A DNA stretch of 64,000 nt from a bacterium (lineage in GTDB: Bacteria > Zhuqueibacterota > Zhuqueibacteria > Residuimicrobiales > Krinioviventaceae). Below, one piece after another: positions 1 through 10,502 of the stretch. How positions within the stretch are numbered: the stretch's first letter is position 1; the number at the start of each line of letters is the position of its first letter. The notes beneath the pieces are model-generated. The model made no database searches. It saw nothing but the letters and a program-made list of their open reading frames with translations, and was not told the DNA's origin. The translations under genes and the position numbers were made by a program. The DNA lies in the NCBI GenBank assembly GCA_963674595.2, contig CAXXFV010000006.1, positions 256,001-320,000 on the forward strand. Reading direction: 5' to 3'.

Positions 1-1335
1 AATACCTGGTGAATGTAAATATGACTGTCCGAAATCATTTATTTCATTGTTAACGATTTCATTGTTTTTATTTACATTCTGCCGGCCCGGACCATATCCG
101 GCCAACAGGATGGGCGTTCCGCCCAAATTATTAAATTTGCAGTTCGTAACCTTATTTTGCTGACTGTAAAAGTCAAACCGAACACCGCCGCCGCCGCTTG
201 TGGTAAAAGTACATTGATCTATGATACAGTTTTCAGAATCGATAAACCGGACCAGTGCATCTGAATTGTCATAAAGCGCCCAATCGTGCTGCAATCCGAT
301 TGCATGTTGGTCCCAGGTATCCCGCTTTCCGTGGGCAAAGGTAATGCCCCGAAATTCGATATTTTTTATAATTTCATTATTTTCTTCGTTGCCTTCAATT
401 CGGATGAATTCCTGCAGCATTGGGCAGTATACATTCCCTGGCTTTTCTTCATTCGGCCAATAATAAATCTTTTTTTCAACAGAGTTCACCACCCATTCTC
501 CCGGTTTATCCAAATAATCAATGGCATTCTGCACCCATAAATTGGGATAAAATGGTTCATGATACACCCTGCATATTTTATAGGTTCCGGTAATGGCTGT
601 TCGGGCGGTATTATTTTTACTATTTACTGATTCCAGGGGCAATATATTAGAATCCCATGCATAATGGGGGCGGGTTAAAATTTCTATGTCTTTAACATTT
701 TCCCATTCACGCAAACTCTTTTTTGGGAAAACAAAGGTGCTCAATTCTTCAATAGTAGGAGGGACGTCTTTTTTACGGTCCATTTCTTCCGGCAGATCAC
801 TGATATTGTTACTGACAGATTCGTCTTCATCTGTAAACAAGTACCCTGATATTGCGATGGGCAAAGAAACTGAATCGCTGCAGAGGAATCGGAGGGAGGA
901 CGCATCAATTCCATCGGGAACTTTATTTACCCAAATCTTTCCTTGAGCTTCTTTAGGCAAATAGGGAATTTTTTGTTCCGGTTTTTGCCAATCGGTTAAC
1001 AATTTATCGGAACTAAAAACCGGTTTTTCGTTTTTATATGCTGTAAAAATAATTTTATGATTATCTGAACAAAATATGCTGTCCTGAAAAACGATCGTTT
1101 TATCGAAAAAATACCTTCCCTCATGAAAATAAACACAAATATTTTTATCCTTGGCATTGTCCAAAAGGGTTTGCCGAACTGTCTCTTTTGCTTTAGAAAA
1201 GGTCAGGAAGGGCCGTTTTTTAGTGCCCGGATTGTTATCATCCCCTGTGGGTGATACATAGAATTCGGTTTTGTCAGTAGAACAGGAAAATAAAGCCATG
1301 AGCATAAAGTAAACAGCATACCATCGTATCTTCAT
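1..1335 (-). CDS. Partial secreted right-handed parallel beta-helix protein (GH141-like), probable lipoprotein; runs off the window edge
   Basis: Read manually because it is absent from the ORF track (no stop in the window). ATG at 1335 gives MKIRWYAVYFMLMALFSC (lipobox), then FYVSPTGDDNNPGTKKRPFLT, a typical beta-helix N-terminus. Repeats such as GGGGVRFD and GGTPILLAGYGPG lie near the edge. Confidence 0.75.
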   Translation of the reverse strand, partial: MKIRWYAVYFMLMALFSCSTDKTEFYVSPTGDDNNPGTKKRPFLTFSKAKETVRQTLLDNAKDKNICVYFHEGRYFFDKTIVFQDSIFCSDNHKIIFTAYKNEKPVFSSDKLLTDWQKPEQKIPYLPKEAQGKIWVNKVPDGIDASSLRFLCSDSVSLPIAISGYLFTDEDESVSNNISDLPEEMDRKKDVPPTIEELSTFVFPKKSLREWENVKDIEILTRPHYAWDSNILPLESVNSKNNTARTAITGTYKICRVYHEPFYPNLWVQNAIDYLDKPGEWVVNSVEKKIYYWPNEEKPGNVYCPMLQEFIRIEGNEENNEIIKNIEFRGITFAHGKRDTWDQHAIGLQHDWALYDNSDALVRFIDSENCIIDQCTFTTSGGGGVRFDFYSQQNKVTNCKFNNLGGTPILLAGYGPGRQNVNKNNEIVNNEINDFGQSYLHSPGI

Positions 1336-1631
1336 CCGAAACCTCTTAATATTGATTATGTTATATAATGAAAGAATTAAGATATTAAAACAAGAGTCTG
1401 AATTTTACGAACTCGTGCAGGTGCTGAATTAGAGACTGAAACTTTTCATAATTTTAAATATTATATCTTTCAATAGATATATATACTATATTTGTTAAAA
1501 AGATTCAAGTCTCTATTCTCAAACACTTATTTTTCTGTCTGGTGTGATTAGAGTTTTTAAGGATTTTGAAGATGATGGATGTAACACAGTTGCTTTTCAG
1601 AAATCGATTTTTGCTTACAGGTTGGAAAATT

Positions 1632-2525
1632 TTATTCAAGTATCTGGTTCTTAAATTCCTTGGGACTGATCCCGACCTCTTTTTTAAACAGCCTTGAAAA
1701 ATAGGGAGGATTTTCAAAACCAAGCTGATAGGCAATTTCGGAAATACTTTTATTCCCCTCAACCAGTAAATTTTTTGCTTCGGAAATAACATAAAGATGG
1801 ATTAATTCCAGAGATGTTTTTCCTGTTTCCTGTTTTAACAAATCACTTAGATATTTTGCAGAGAGATTAAGCTGTGAAGCCATATAATTTACCGTCGGCA
1901 GTCCTTTGGCTTCCGCTTCCTGATCAAAATATTGATTCAAACTTTCATTAAATTTTGTTACTGTTATACCTGAAAGCGGTTTTCTGTCTATAAATTGTCG
2001 TTTATAAAAACGCTGTGCATATTTTAGAACCGAATCCAGATGCGACAGGATAATTGATTTACTGAATTCATCCGGATTGTTACCATACTCTGTTTCCATT
2101 TTATAAAACAAGGACCACATTATTTCTTCTTCCCGGGGAGACAGGTGCAGGGCTTCATGAACTTCATAATCAAAGAATCCATATTTTTTAAGTTCGGCAA
2201 ACAGAGGATGGCCTGTTAAATAATCTTCATGGAAATGTATATTAAATCCTTTATCTTTAATTTTCACATCATGTATTGAAAGAGTTTGATTGGGTTTTAA
2301 AAAATAGATAAATCCGCTGTTGCTATCATATTTTGTTTTTCCATACCATAATTCGCCGCTTTTTAGTTTTTTAAAACATATTGTATAAAATCCATAGGAT
2401 GTGTCATCAGCATCTTTAATACGTGGTGTTGTCTCGTCAAACACCCGTAAGCCAAATAAGGGATTTTCGGGCGGTGGATAATCCAGGGATTCGTAAAGTT
2501 CACCAATTGTTTTGAAATGTTTCAT
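1632..2525 (-). CDS. AraC family transcriptional regulator
   Basis: C-terminal double HTH (LPTVNYMASQLNLSAKYLSDLLK; SISEIAYQLGFENPPYFSRLFKKEVGISP). Confidence 0.95.
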   Translation of the reverse strand: MKHFKTIGELYESLDYPPPENPLFGLRVFDETTPRIKDADDTSYGFYTICFKKLKSGELWYGKTKYDSNSGFIYFLKPNQTLSIHDVKIKDKGFNIHFHEDYLTGHPLFAELKKYGFFDYEVHEALHLSPREEEIMWSLFYKMETEYGNNPDEFSKSIILSHLDSVLKYAQRFYKRQFIDRKPLSGITVTKFNESLNQYFDQEAEAKGLPTVNYMASQLNLSAKYLSDLLKQETGKTSLELIHLYVISEAKNLLVEGNKSISEIAYQLGFENPPYFSRLFKKEVGISPKEFKNQILE

Positions 2526-2565
2526 GATGGTTCCTGTTCAAGTTTACCAAGTTATAAAATAAAAC

Positions 2566-2600
2566 ACCACAATGCTGAAAATAGAGTTCAGCATTGTGGT
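2566..2600 (-). terminator. Intrinsic terminator after the Fe-ADH gene
   Basis: 14-bp perfect stem accacaatgctgaa/ttcagcattgtggt, followed on the minus strand by gttttatttt. Confidence 0.75.
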
Positions 2601-2613
2601 AAAGTAATTAAAA

Positions 2614-3780
2614 TTATAGAGCCTTTTCAAGAATTTTTTGGCTCACTTCCGGGGTTATATCCTGTGTTTCCGAAAGGGCGGTCATGCCATGGTCTTTTAA
2701 CTGTTCAACAAGTACGGGTATTTTATCGGCCGTTACGCCATATTCTGAAAGACGGGTTTTAATGCCGATAGATTCAAAGAACTCTCTTGTTTTATTAATT
2801 GCCAGATTAATCTTTTCATCATCGCTGCCATTTTCAATGTGCCATACCCGTTCGGCATATTGCAAAAGCTTTGCGCGTTTTTGTTCTCGTTTTACTTCAA
2901 GTAGTGCAGGCAGAACAATTGCCAATGTTTGGCCATGATCAATGCCGAACAAAGCTGTTATTTCATGTCCGATCATATGTGTTGCCCAATCCTGCGGCAC
3001 ACCGACAGCAATAACACCGTTTAATGCCATTGTTGCGCTCCAAACAAGATTTGCCCGTGCATCATAATTCTCCGGTTCGGAGATTGTGGTTTCGGCAATT
3101 TCTATCAAAGTCTGAAGAATACCTTCCGACATACGGTCCTGAATTTTTGCATCAACCGGAAAAGTGAGATATTGCTCTGTTGTATGTACAAAAGCATCAA
3201 CAACTCCATTAGCGACCTGAATTTTGGGAAGGGTAAAAGTAACAGTCGGGTCGAGAATTGAAAACTTGGGAAAAGTTAAGGGACTCATAACAGGGAACTT
3301 GCCATCTTTATAACTGATAACCGCTCCGCTGTTCATTTCAGAACCGGTGGCCGGTAATGTTAACACCGTTCCAAATGGAACAACATTATTTACCACACCA
3401 GAGGTAATGGGAGTAAAGCCATATTTTAATAAATCTTTTGCATCGCCTTTATAATGTGCGGCCAGACAAATAAATTTTGTACCGTCGATAACAGAGCCGC
3501 CGCCGACAGCCAGGATAAAATTAATATTTTCCTTGCGGACAACCTCAGCTGCTTTCATGAGTGTTTCGTAATGCGGGTTTGGTTCGATACCTCCGAATTC
3601 AAAAACAGTTCTGCTGCCAAGGTTTTCCTTTACTTTATCTAAAATACCATACTTTTTTGCACTGCCTCCGCCAAAAGTGATTAATACCCTGGCATCAGAC
3701 GGCACATATTCATCAAGTTTATCAAATCTGTCCTTGCCGAATATAATGGTTGTTGGATTATAAAAATCAAAATTAAACAT
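2614..3780 (-). CDS. Iron-containing alcohol dehydrogenase (YqhD/BdhA-type, NADPH-dependent)
   Basis: Motifs FDFYNPT, GGGS, GGIEPNP, AVGGGSVIDG, LPATGSE, DWATHMIGHE, HGQTLA. Confidence 0.93.
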   Translation of the reverse strand: MFNFDFYNPTTIIFGKDRFDKLDEYVPSDARVLITFGGGSAKKYGILDKVKENLGSRTVFEFGGIEPNPHYETLMKAAEVVRKENINFILAVGGGSVIDGTKFICLAAHYKGDAKDLLKYGFTPITSGVVNNVVPFGTVLTLPATGSEMNSGAVISYKDGKFPVMSPLTFPKFSILDPTVTFTLPKIQVANGVVDAFVHTTEQYLTFPVDAKIQDRMSEGILQTLIEIAETTISEPENYDARANLVWSATMALNGVIAVGVPQDWATHMIGHEITALFGIDHGQTLAIVLPALLEVKREQKRAKLLQYAERVWHIENGSDDEKINLAINKTREFFESIGIKTRLSEYGVTADKIPVLVEQLKDHGMTALSETQDITPEVSQKILEKAL

Positions 3781-3799
3781 GATTGTTCTCCTCTATAAA

Positions 3800-4798
3800 T
3801 TATTTTTTGAGAAACTTGCTTTCACGGGAACTGTATCTCGGACCGATATTGGAATATTTATTTACAATTTCTTCTATGGCTTCCATATCTTTATCCGTTA
3901 AATCCACATCAACCGATCCGGCATTTTCCTCAAGATATTTTCTGCGTTTTGTTCCGGGTATCGGAATGATATTATCACCCTGGGCAATGACCCAGGCAAT
4001 TGCCAATTGGGCCGGTGTACAATTTTTACTTTTTGCAAATTCAGCAAATTCTGCGGCCAGCCTTTGGTTATTGTCCCAATACTCTCCCAAAAATCTCGGA
4101 AGATTGGCACGAAAATCGGTTTTAGCCAGCGAACTTGCATCCAGCTTGTTTGTAATTAATCCCCTGCTTAGGGGAGAAAAAGGGACAAATGTAATGCCCA
4201 ACTCTTTGGTTAAGGGCAATATTTCCTGTTCAACATCACGGGTAAGCAAAGAGTACTCACTTTGAACAGCAGTAATTGGATGAACAGCATGCGCCTTTTT
4301 TAAATCCTGGGCAGAACACTCACTTAAACCGAGATAACGAATCTTGCCCTGATTCACCAATTCTGCCATTGCACCCACGGTTTCCTCTACAGGAACGTTT
4401 GGATCGACTCTATGGGCATAATACAGATCAATTGTTTCAATTTTGAGGCGGCGAAGACTGTTTTCAACGGCCTGTTGCATCCAATTAGGAGAAGCATCCA
4501 GATAGGTTTCACCACCGACAAAGGCATTGCCTTCACCGCGAACACGAAAACCAAATTTTGAAGCGATAAATATTTTGTTACGATTTGGTACAAGCACTTT
4601 TGATATCAACTCTTCATTTAAACCATTACCATATATGTCCGCTGTATCCCAAAAATTAATTCCAAGTTCCAATGCATATTCCAGTGTTGCTATACTTTCA
4701 GTATCATCCGGCTGACCGTAAGCTGAACTCATTCCCATACAACCAAGACCAAGTTCTGAAACCTCAAGATTTGTATTTCCTAATTTTCGTTTTATCAT
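3800..4798 (-). CDS. Aldo/keto reductase
   Basis: Motifs [42 protein letters not shown]. Start placed at ATG 4798 behind an AGGGA RBS (track start 4813). Confidence 0.95.
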   Translation of the reverse strand: MIKRKLGNTNLEVSELGLGCMGMSSAYGQPDDTESIATLEYALELGINFWDTADIYGNGLNEELISKVLVPNRNKIFIASKFGFRVRGEGNAFVGGETYLDASPNWMQQAVENSLRRLKIETIDLYYAHRVDPNVPVEETVGAMAELVNQGKIRYLGLSECSAQDLKKAHAVHPITAVQSEYSLLTRDVEQEILPLTKELGITFVPFSPLSRGLITNKLDASSLAKTDFRANLPRFLGEYWDNNQRLAAEFAEFAKSKNCTPAQLAIAWVIAQGDNIIPIPGTKRRKYLEENAGSVDVDLTDKDMEAIEEIVNKYSNIGPRYSSRESKFLKK

Positions 4799-5079
4799 TT
4801 TTATCCCTTTCATTGATATAACTCAAGGTGTTAATATAACAAAAGCATACCTGTAAAACGTATACAAAAGGCGGGATTATTGATACATTTTACTGAAACT
4901 GAAAGTTTAATTATTATAACATAGATATGGGTTAAAAAATTTTAAATAATTAGAATATTTATTGTAACTTGATTACGTAAACTTTTTTTGTAATTATACA
5001 ATATCATAAGAATTAATAATTAATAGCATAAACCACTTGCATTGTTGCTAATTTTTTCATATAATATAAACGTTTAACC

Positions 5080-5268
5080 TTGACTATAGAGGCGCCTGTT
5101 ATAAAAGTATCTGTGTTTAAGGAGATGCAGCTCTGATTGAGAATACAGAAAAAGGATAACAGGCCGAAATTGTTGTGTGCTGCATAACTAACAGTTGGTT
5201 CAGATTGGAAATACCTTCTGGACTGTCACGGAAAATATGATATATACCGTGGAGCGCTATTTGGTTAG
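5080..5268 (+). ncRNA. Lysine riboswitch (L-box) aptamer
   Basis: Conserved blocks in canonical order: AGAGGCGC (5088), AGTA, AAAGG, GCCGAA, GACTGTC, GGAGCGCTA (5251). P1 pairs 5080-5089 with 5257-5268. It lies directly upstream of the DAP/lysine operon. Confidence 0.93.
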
Positions 5269-5304
5269 AACCTGAATTATAACTATTTTATATAGAATTG
5301 CTAC

Positions 5305-5350
5305 AGGTTGACTGAATATTGCTTTTAAAAATCAGTCAACCTTTTTTTTT
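5305..5350 (+). terminator. Riboswitch expression-platform terminator
   Basis: aggttgactga (5305-5315) pairs with tcagtcaacct (5332-5342), followed by a T run to 5350. Confidence 0.88.
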
Positions 5351-5366
5351 ATTTTACAGGAATTGT

Positions 5367-6356
5367 ATGCATCAATTACTTGAAAAACTTGTCAACATTC
5401 CATCGGTCACGGATGATGAATTGCATGTTGCTGACTTTTTATCAGATTATATGCAGCAATCAGGTTACCAGATTTATAAACAGCAGGTAAGTCAGAACCG
5501 GTATAATATTATCGGAACAACCGGGCAAACGCCTGTTGTGCTCTTTTGCACGCATCTGGATACTGTTGCGCCATTCATACCATTTAAAAATGAAAATGGT
5601 TTGTTAACAGGACGCGGAACATGCGACGCCAAAGGTATTTTGGTTACAATGCTGGAAGCAGCAAAAAGGTTGCAAGAAGAGGGAGAACATCGTTTTGGTT
5701 TTGCTTTTGTTGTTGGTGAAGAAAAAAAATCGGATGGCGCCAAAAAAGCTGCCGAATTGAATTTGGGATCACGAGCTGTTATTATAGGTGAACCAACGCA
5801 AAGCAAACTGGCAGTCGGACAAAAGGGCGTTTTGTTGTTTCGGGTCCGTGCAAAGGGAATCGCCGGTCATTCGGCCTATCCGCAAAAGGGTGATTCGGCC
5901 ATTCATCGGCTTATATCGCTTCTCAACCATTGGGTAAAATTGGATTGGGGACAAGATAGCTTTTTTGGTAAAAACACATTAAATATAGGCAAATTATATG
6001 GCGGCAGTGGCGCCAACGTGATTGCCGACCATGCGGATGCAGAAGGTATTTTTCGTGTTGCCACATCTTTATCAACGCTTAAAGATATATTAAATAGTGT
6101 TACAGATGAACATATCGAAATAAATATTTCAAGTGAAACGAACCCGCAACATTTAGGAAAACTTGACGGTTTTGAACCAACTATTGTTTCTTTTGGTTCA
6201 GACGCCGCATATATGAAACAGCTGGGCACAATTTATGAATTGGGTCCCGGTTCAATTGAATTTGCTCACAGCGATCATGAACAAATAACAATAAACGAAA
6301 TGGAACAAGCTGTTCCGCTTTATGTAAAAATGGTCAAACAAATTTTAAGTTTATAA
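5367..6356 (+). CDS. M20/M25/M40 metallo-hydrolase (ArgE/DapE-like), probable acyl-DAP deacylase
   Basis: Motifs HLDTV, GRGTCDAKG, GEE, GEPT, GHSA, AHSDHE. ATG 5367 follows an AGGA RBS; the track start at 5319 lies inside the terminator. Confidence 0.85.
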   Translation: MHQLLEKLVNIPSVTDDELHVADFLSDYMQQSGYQIYKQQVSQNRYNIIGTTGQTPVVLFCTHLDTVAPFIPFKNENGLLTGRGTCDAKGILVTMLEAAKRLQEEGEHRFGFAFVVGEEKKSDGAKKAAELNLGSRAVIIGEPTQSKLAVGQKGVLLFRVRAKGIAGHSAYPQKGDSAIHRLISLLNHWVKLDWGQDSFFGKNTLNIGKLYGGSGANVIADHADAEGIFRVATSLSTLKDILNSVTDEHIEINISSETNPQHLGKLDGFEPTIVSFGSDAAYMKQLGTIYELGPGSIEFAHSDHEQITINEMEQAVPLYVKMVKQILSL

Positions 6357-6372
6357 CAGGAGAAATAATCAT

Positions 6373-7755
6373 ATGGTTGTTATGAAGTTTGGCGGTACTT
6401 CTGTTGGTAGTGCTGAAGCCATTAAGCGGGTATGTGAAATAATAAAAACCCGTGTAGAAAACGATCCTATCATTGTCGTATCGGCAGTGGGAGGTATAAC
6501 CAATAAATTTGTCAGTATTATTGAGAATTCAGCTAAAAAGAATAAAAATAATGTGCAAGATATTCTTGCAGAAATTGGTAAAAGACATGAAGAAATTATA
6601 AACGGTCTTGGTCTTGAACAAAATGAAGGACTGAAAATTTTATTGTGTGAAACATTGCAGGGAATTGAAAATATAGCGGATAAAATTTCTCAGGCTGGTG
6701 ATTTGGCCAAACACCTTCATGATGAATTGATGAGTATGGGCGAACTGCTCTCTGCCAATATTGTTGCCGAATATTTAAAAAGCATCGGCCTGGAAGGTAA
6801 ATTTGCAGATTCGCGTGATGTTATGGTAACGGATTCACAGTTTACAAAAGCTGTCCCCCAGTTTGAAGAATCACAAAAAAATACACAACAATATCTGAAA
6901 CCGTTGGTTGGTAAATATATTCCTGTTATGCAGGGTTTTATCGGACGTGACTCTTTTGGCAGAATTACAACCTTGGGGCGGGGTGGTTCGGATTATACGG
7001 CCACTCTTATCGGCGCCATGTTAAATGCTGATGTCGTTGAAATATGGTCTGATGTTGATGGCGTATTAACAGCGGATCCAAGTCTGGTAAAAGAGGCCAA
7101 ACGAATTAAATATATGAGTTTTCAGGAAGCCTCAGAGCTGGCATATTTTGGCGCCAAAGTATTGCATCCTTCCACTTTGTTACCTGCTGTTGAACGTAAC
7201 ATTCCGGTCCATGTTTTAAACTCTATGCGGCAAACAGATGGAGGGACCGTCATAGCCGGCAGCACACCAAACGGTAAACAAGAAGGATGTATCGTTAAAT
7301 CTATTGCTTATAAAGAAGAACTTGTGGTAATTACCGTTATGTCAACCCGAATGTTAATGGCACACGGTTTTTTAGCCTCAATTTTTGAAATTTTTAACAG
7401 ATATGCTGTTCCTGTTGATCTGGTGTCAACTTCAGAAGTAACTGTTTCTTTAACAATTAATCGCACAGATCATCTTGAAAACATTACACGGGAACTGGGT
7501 CGTTTTGCCCAGGTACGGGTTGAGCAAAACAAATCTGTTGTTTGTCTTGTCGGTGAACAAATGAAAAGTACTCAGGGTATGCCCGGAGAACTTTTTAGCT
7601 TGCTTAAAGATATAGACATACATCTGATTTCTCAGGGTGCTTCGGAAATTAATATTAGTTTTGTTATTGATGATAAAGCACTCCCCAAAGTTGTAAGTCG
7701 CCTGCATAACCATTATTTTAGTGGTGAGCTTGATCCTGAAATTTTTGCAGTTTAA
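6373..7755 (+). CDS. lysC: Aspartokinase (lysine-sensitive type) with ACT domains
   Basis: Motifs KFGGTSV, TLGRGGSDYTA, DVDGVLTADP, YFGAKVLHP, QGASEINISFV. Confidence 0.96.
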   Translation: MVVMKFGGTSVGSAEAIKRVCEIIKTRVENDPIIVVSAVGGITNKFVSIIENSAKKNKNNVQDILAEIGKRHEEIINGLGLEQNEGLKILLCETLQGIENIADKISQAGDLAKHLHDELMSMGELLSANIVAEYLKSIGLEGKFADSRDVMVTDSQFTKAVPQFEESQKNTQQYLKPLVGKYIPVMQGFIGRDSFGRITTLGRGGSDYTATLIGAMLNADVVEIWSDVDGVLTADPSLVKEAKRIKYMSFQEASELAYFGAKVLHPSTLLPAVERNIPVHVLNSMRQTDGGTVIAGSTPNGKQEGCIVKSIAYKEELVVITVMSTRMLMAHGFLASIFEIFNRYAVPVDLVSTSEVTVSLTINRTDHLENITRELGRFAQVRVEQNKSVVCLVGEQMKSTQGMPGELFSLLKDIDIHLISQGASEINISFVIDDKALPKVVSRLHNHYFSGELDPEIFAV

Positions 7756-7771
7756 TAAAAGGTATTTTATT

Positions 7772-8500
7772 ATGAATATAGCACTCGTTGGTTACGGACG
7801 AATGGGAGAAGAATTGGAAAAACTCGCTCCCCAATCCAATCATAACATTACAGCGATTTTTGATATTGATAATCCTTTGAAACCGGATTCAGATATTGCC
7901 GGTGCAGATGTTATGATCGATTTTACTTTAAAAGATGCTGTGATGAATAATTTAAAAATAGCAGCCCAAATGGGTGTTCCAATTGTTGAGGGGACAACCG
8001 GCTGGACAGATCAATTTGAACAGGTTTATGATATTGAAAATCTGACAATGATCTTTAGCCCGAATTATTCAATCGGCGTCTACCAGTTTACAAAACTGGT
8101 TGAAACAGCCGCCAAACTCTATGGTATGTTTGAAGATTATGATTGTTATCTGCACGAGTGGCACCATACCGGAAAAGCAGACAGTCCAAGCGGGACCGCC
8201 AACAAACTGGCCCATATTCTGCTTGAGAATTTGCCCCAAAAAGACAAAATATTAACAGAAACAAGCCATATCCAAATAGATCCTTCGGCCTTGCACGTAA
8301 CCTCTACTCGCGTTGGTAAAGTTCCAGGAACACATCAGGTTGGTTTTGAATCTCCCTATGATTCAATTCAGTTGACCCATCAGATACGTGGACGCGAATG
8401 TTTAGCGTTTGGTGCATTGAAAGCAGCCGAATGGATTGTTGGAAAAAAAGGAATTTTTACAATGGATGATTTTATGTCATCTCAGAACAACAAAAAATAA
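7772..8500 (+). CDS. dapB: 4-hydroxy-tetrahydrodipicolinate reductase
   Basis: Motifs GYGRMG, GTTGW, PNYSIG, EWHHTGKADSPSGTA; operon context. ATG at 7772. Confidence 0.95.
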   Translation: MNIALVGYGRMGEELEKLAPQSNHNITAIFDIDNPLKPDSDIAGADVMIDFTLKDAVMNNLKIAAQMGVPIVEGTTGWTDQFEQVYDIENLTMIFSPNYSIGVYQFTKLVETAAKLYGMFEDYDCYLHEWHHTGKADSPSGTANKLAHILLENLPQKDKILTETSHIQIDPSALHVTSTRVGKVPGTHQVGFESPYDSIQLTHQIRGRECLAFGALKAAEWIVGKKGIFTMDDFMSSQNNKK

Positions 8501-8514
8501 GGGATATTGTTTTG

Positions 8515-9408
8515 ATGGATTCTAAAAATTTTCGAGGTACAACCGTTGCGTTAATCACTCCTTTTGACAAAAATGGTAAAATTGATGAGCCGCGTTTAAA
8601 AAATCTTGTAGACTGGCAGGTCGAAAAGGGTACGGACGTCATTTTAGCCTGTGGCACAACCGGTGAAAGCGCAACCATGTCACACGATGAACATCATCAT
8701 GTAATGGATATAATCATTACACAAGTTAACGGACGTGTTCCTGTTTTATGTGGTGCAGGAAGTAATGCCACTGCTGAGGCTGTTGATCTGACCAAATACG
8801 CTGAAAAGGCAGGTGCTGATGCTATTTTGTCCGTAGGGCCTTATTATAACAAACCAACGCAGGAAGGTTTTTATCAGCATTTTAAAGCTATTGCAGAGTC
8901 TACTCATTTACCGATTGTTTTATATAATGTACCCGGTCGCACCGGTAGTAACATATCTTCAGAAACTACATTAAGATTGTCAAAAATACTCAACATTATT
9001 GGTGTTAAAGAAGCCAGCGGCAATATGTCGCAAATAATGGATATTTTACGACGCCGTGATGATGATTTTTTAGTGCTGTCGGGTGATGATTCCATAACCT
9101 TGCCTTTAATGGCAGTCGGTCTGGATGGTGTTATTTCTGTTGTTGCCAATGAAGCGCCGAGCTTGCTGCATGAAATGGTCCATGCTGCTTTTGAAAATAA
9201 CTGGGCAAAGGCCAAAGAATTACATTACAAACTACTGCCCTTGATGGAGTTTAACTTTGTAGAAAGCAATCCTATTCCTGTTAAAACAGCTTTGTCTTTA
9301 ATGGGTTTGATTGAGGACAATTTCAGACTGCCACTGGTAAAAATGACACAAGCGAATAAAGAAAAACTGGCAAGTATTTTAAAAGACCTTGAGCTTATTA
9401 CGGGTTAG
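8515..9408 (+). CDS. dapA: 4-hydroxy-tetrahydrodipicolinate synthase
   Basis: Motifs [36 protein letters not shown]. Confidence 0.97.
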   Translation: MDSKNFRGTTVALITPFDKNGKIDEPRLKNLVDWQVEKGTDVILACGTTGESATMSHDEHHHVMDIIITQVNGRVPVLCGAGSNATAEAVDLTKYAEKAGADAILSVGPYYNKPTQEGFYQHFKAIAESTHLPIVLYNVPGRTGSNISSETTLRLSKILNIIGVKEASGNMSQIMDILRRRDDDFLVLSGDDSITLPLMAVGLDGVISVVANEAPSLLHEMVHAAFENNWAKAKELHYKLLPLMEFNFVESNPIPVKTALSLMGLIEDNFRLPLVKMTQANKEKLASILKDLELITG

Positions 9409-9419
9409 GAGATAAACAG

Positions 9420-10253
9420 ATGCACAAGTTACAAAAAACAGTAGAAAATTTATTTTCATCATCTTCTGTAGATAAACAAGAGTTTCAGGCTTTTTTTCAA
9501 GAGTTTTTAAATGAACTGAATTACGGGCATATCCGTGCGGCAGAACCCTGCGGAGATGGCTGGAAAGCCAATGAATGGGTTAAAAAAGGTATTTTATTGG
9601 GATTTCGACACGGCGAATTTCGGGACTATTCTTTAAGCAGTTCATTTCGCTATTTTGATAAACATACCTATCCGCTGAAACCGGTTGAAATTTCCGACAA
9701 TATACGAATTGTACCGGGTGGAACAAGCATCCGGACCGGGTGTTATGTTGCTTCCGGTGTTGTTATTATGCCGCCTGCCTATATTAATACCGGTGCCTAT
9801 GTAGACCAGGGAACTATGGTTGATTCCCATGCTTTGGTTGGTTCCTGTGCTCAAATTGGTAAACATGTTCATCTGAGTGCAGCCGCGCAAATCGGTGGTG
9901 TATTGGAGCCGATCGGTGCTGTTCCTGTTGTTATTGAAGATGATGTGCTTGTCGGTGGGAATTGCGGTATTTATGAAGGAACCGTTGTAAAAAAAGGCGC
10001 TGTAATTGGCGCCGGCACAATTTTAACAGGTTCAATGCCTGTGTATGATTTGGTAAATAAAACAGTTATCAGGAAAACATCGGATAAACCTTTAACAATT
10101 CCGGAAAATGCTGTTGTTATTCCGGGGTCCAGACCGATTAATAATTCAGATTTTGCCAAAGAAAATAATTTACAAATGAATTGTGCCTTGATCATTAAAT
10201 ACAGAGACTCAAAGACCGACGCTTCCACAGCGCTTGAAGACGCTTTAAGATAA
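9420..10253 (+). CDS. dapD: Tetrahydrodipicolinate N-succinyltransferase
   Basis: Motifs [38 protein letters not shown], plus hexapeptide repeats. Confidence 0.95.
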   Translation: MHKLQKTVENLFSSSSVDKQEFQAFFQEFLNELNYGHIRAAEPCGDGWKANEWVKKGILLGFRHGEFRDYSLSSSFRYFDKHTYPLKPVEISDNIRIVPGGTSIRTGCYVASGVVIMPPAYINTGAYVDQGTMVDSHALVGSCAQIGKHVHLSAAAQIGGVLEPIGAVPVVIEDDVLVGGNCGIYEGTVVKKGAVIGAGTILTGSMPVYDLVNKTVIRKTSDKPLTIPENAVVIPGSRPINNSDFAKENNLQMNCALIIKYRDSKTDASTALEDALR

Positions 10254-10270
10254 AATATCTTATATTTTGC

Positions 10271-10305
10271 AAAAGGACATTTGAATCATCAGATGTCCTT
10301 TTTTT
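10271..10305 (+). terminator. Intrinsic terminator of the dap operon
   Basis: aaaaggacatttga-atca-tcagatgtcctttt followed by a T tail. Confidence 0.85.
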
Positions 10306-10502
10306 GTTTATATCGGTTAAATAGTAATTGACACCTTGTAAAGTTTTAGCTATATTTACCTTATTTATGACATGATTTATTTTGAATTTAATGAATTGAA
10401 GAAATATTAATTGTATTCAATAACATTTCAAAATCCACATCATTTATACATTACCAAAAACAATCCAATTTTATAAAATAACCTATGAGAACAGGCATTT
10501 AA

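Noticed and set aside
286-946. Plus-strand ORFs 286-540 and 686-946
   Set aside because: They are antisense shadows of the long minus-strand beta-helix gene.
5319-5366. Track start of the M20 ORF at TTG 5319
   Set aside because: It lies inside the riboswitch terminator; ATG 5367 has an RBS.
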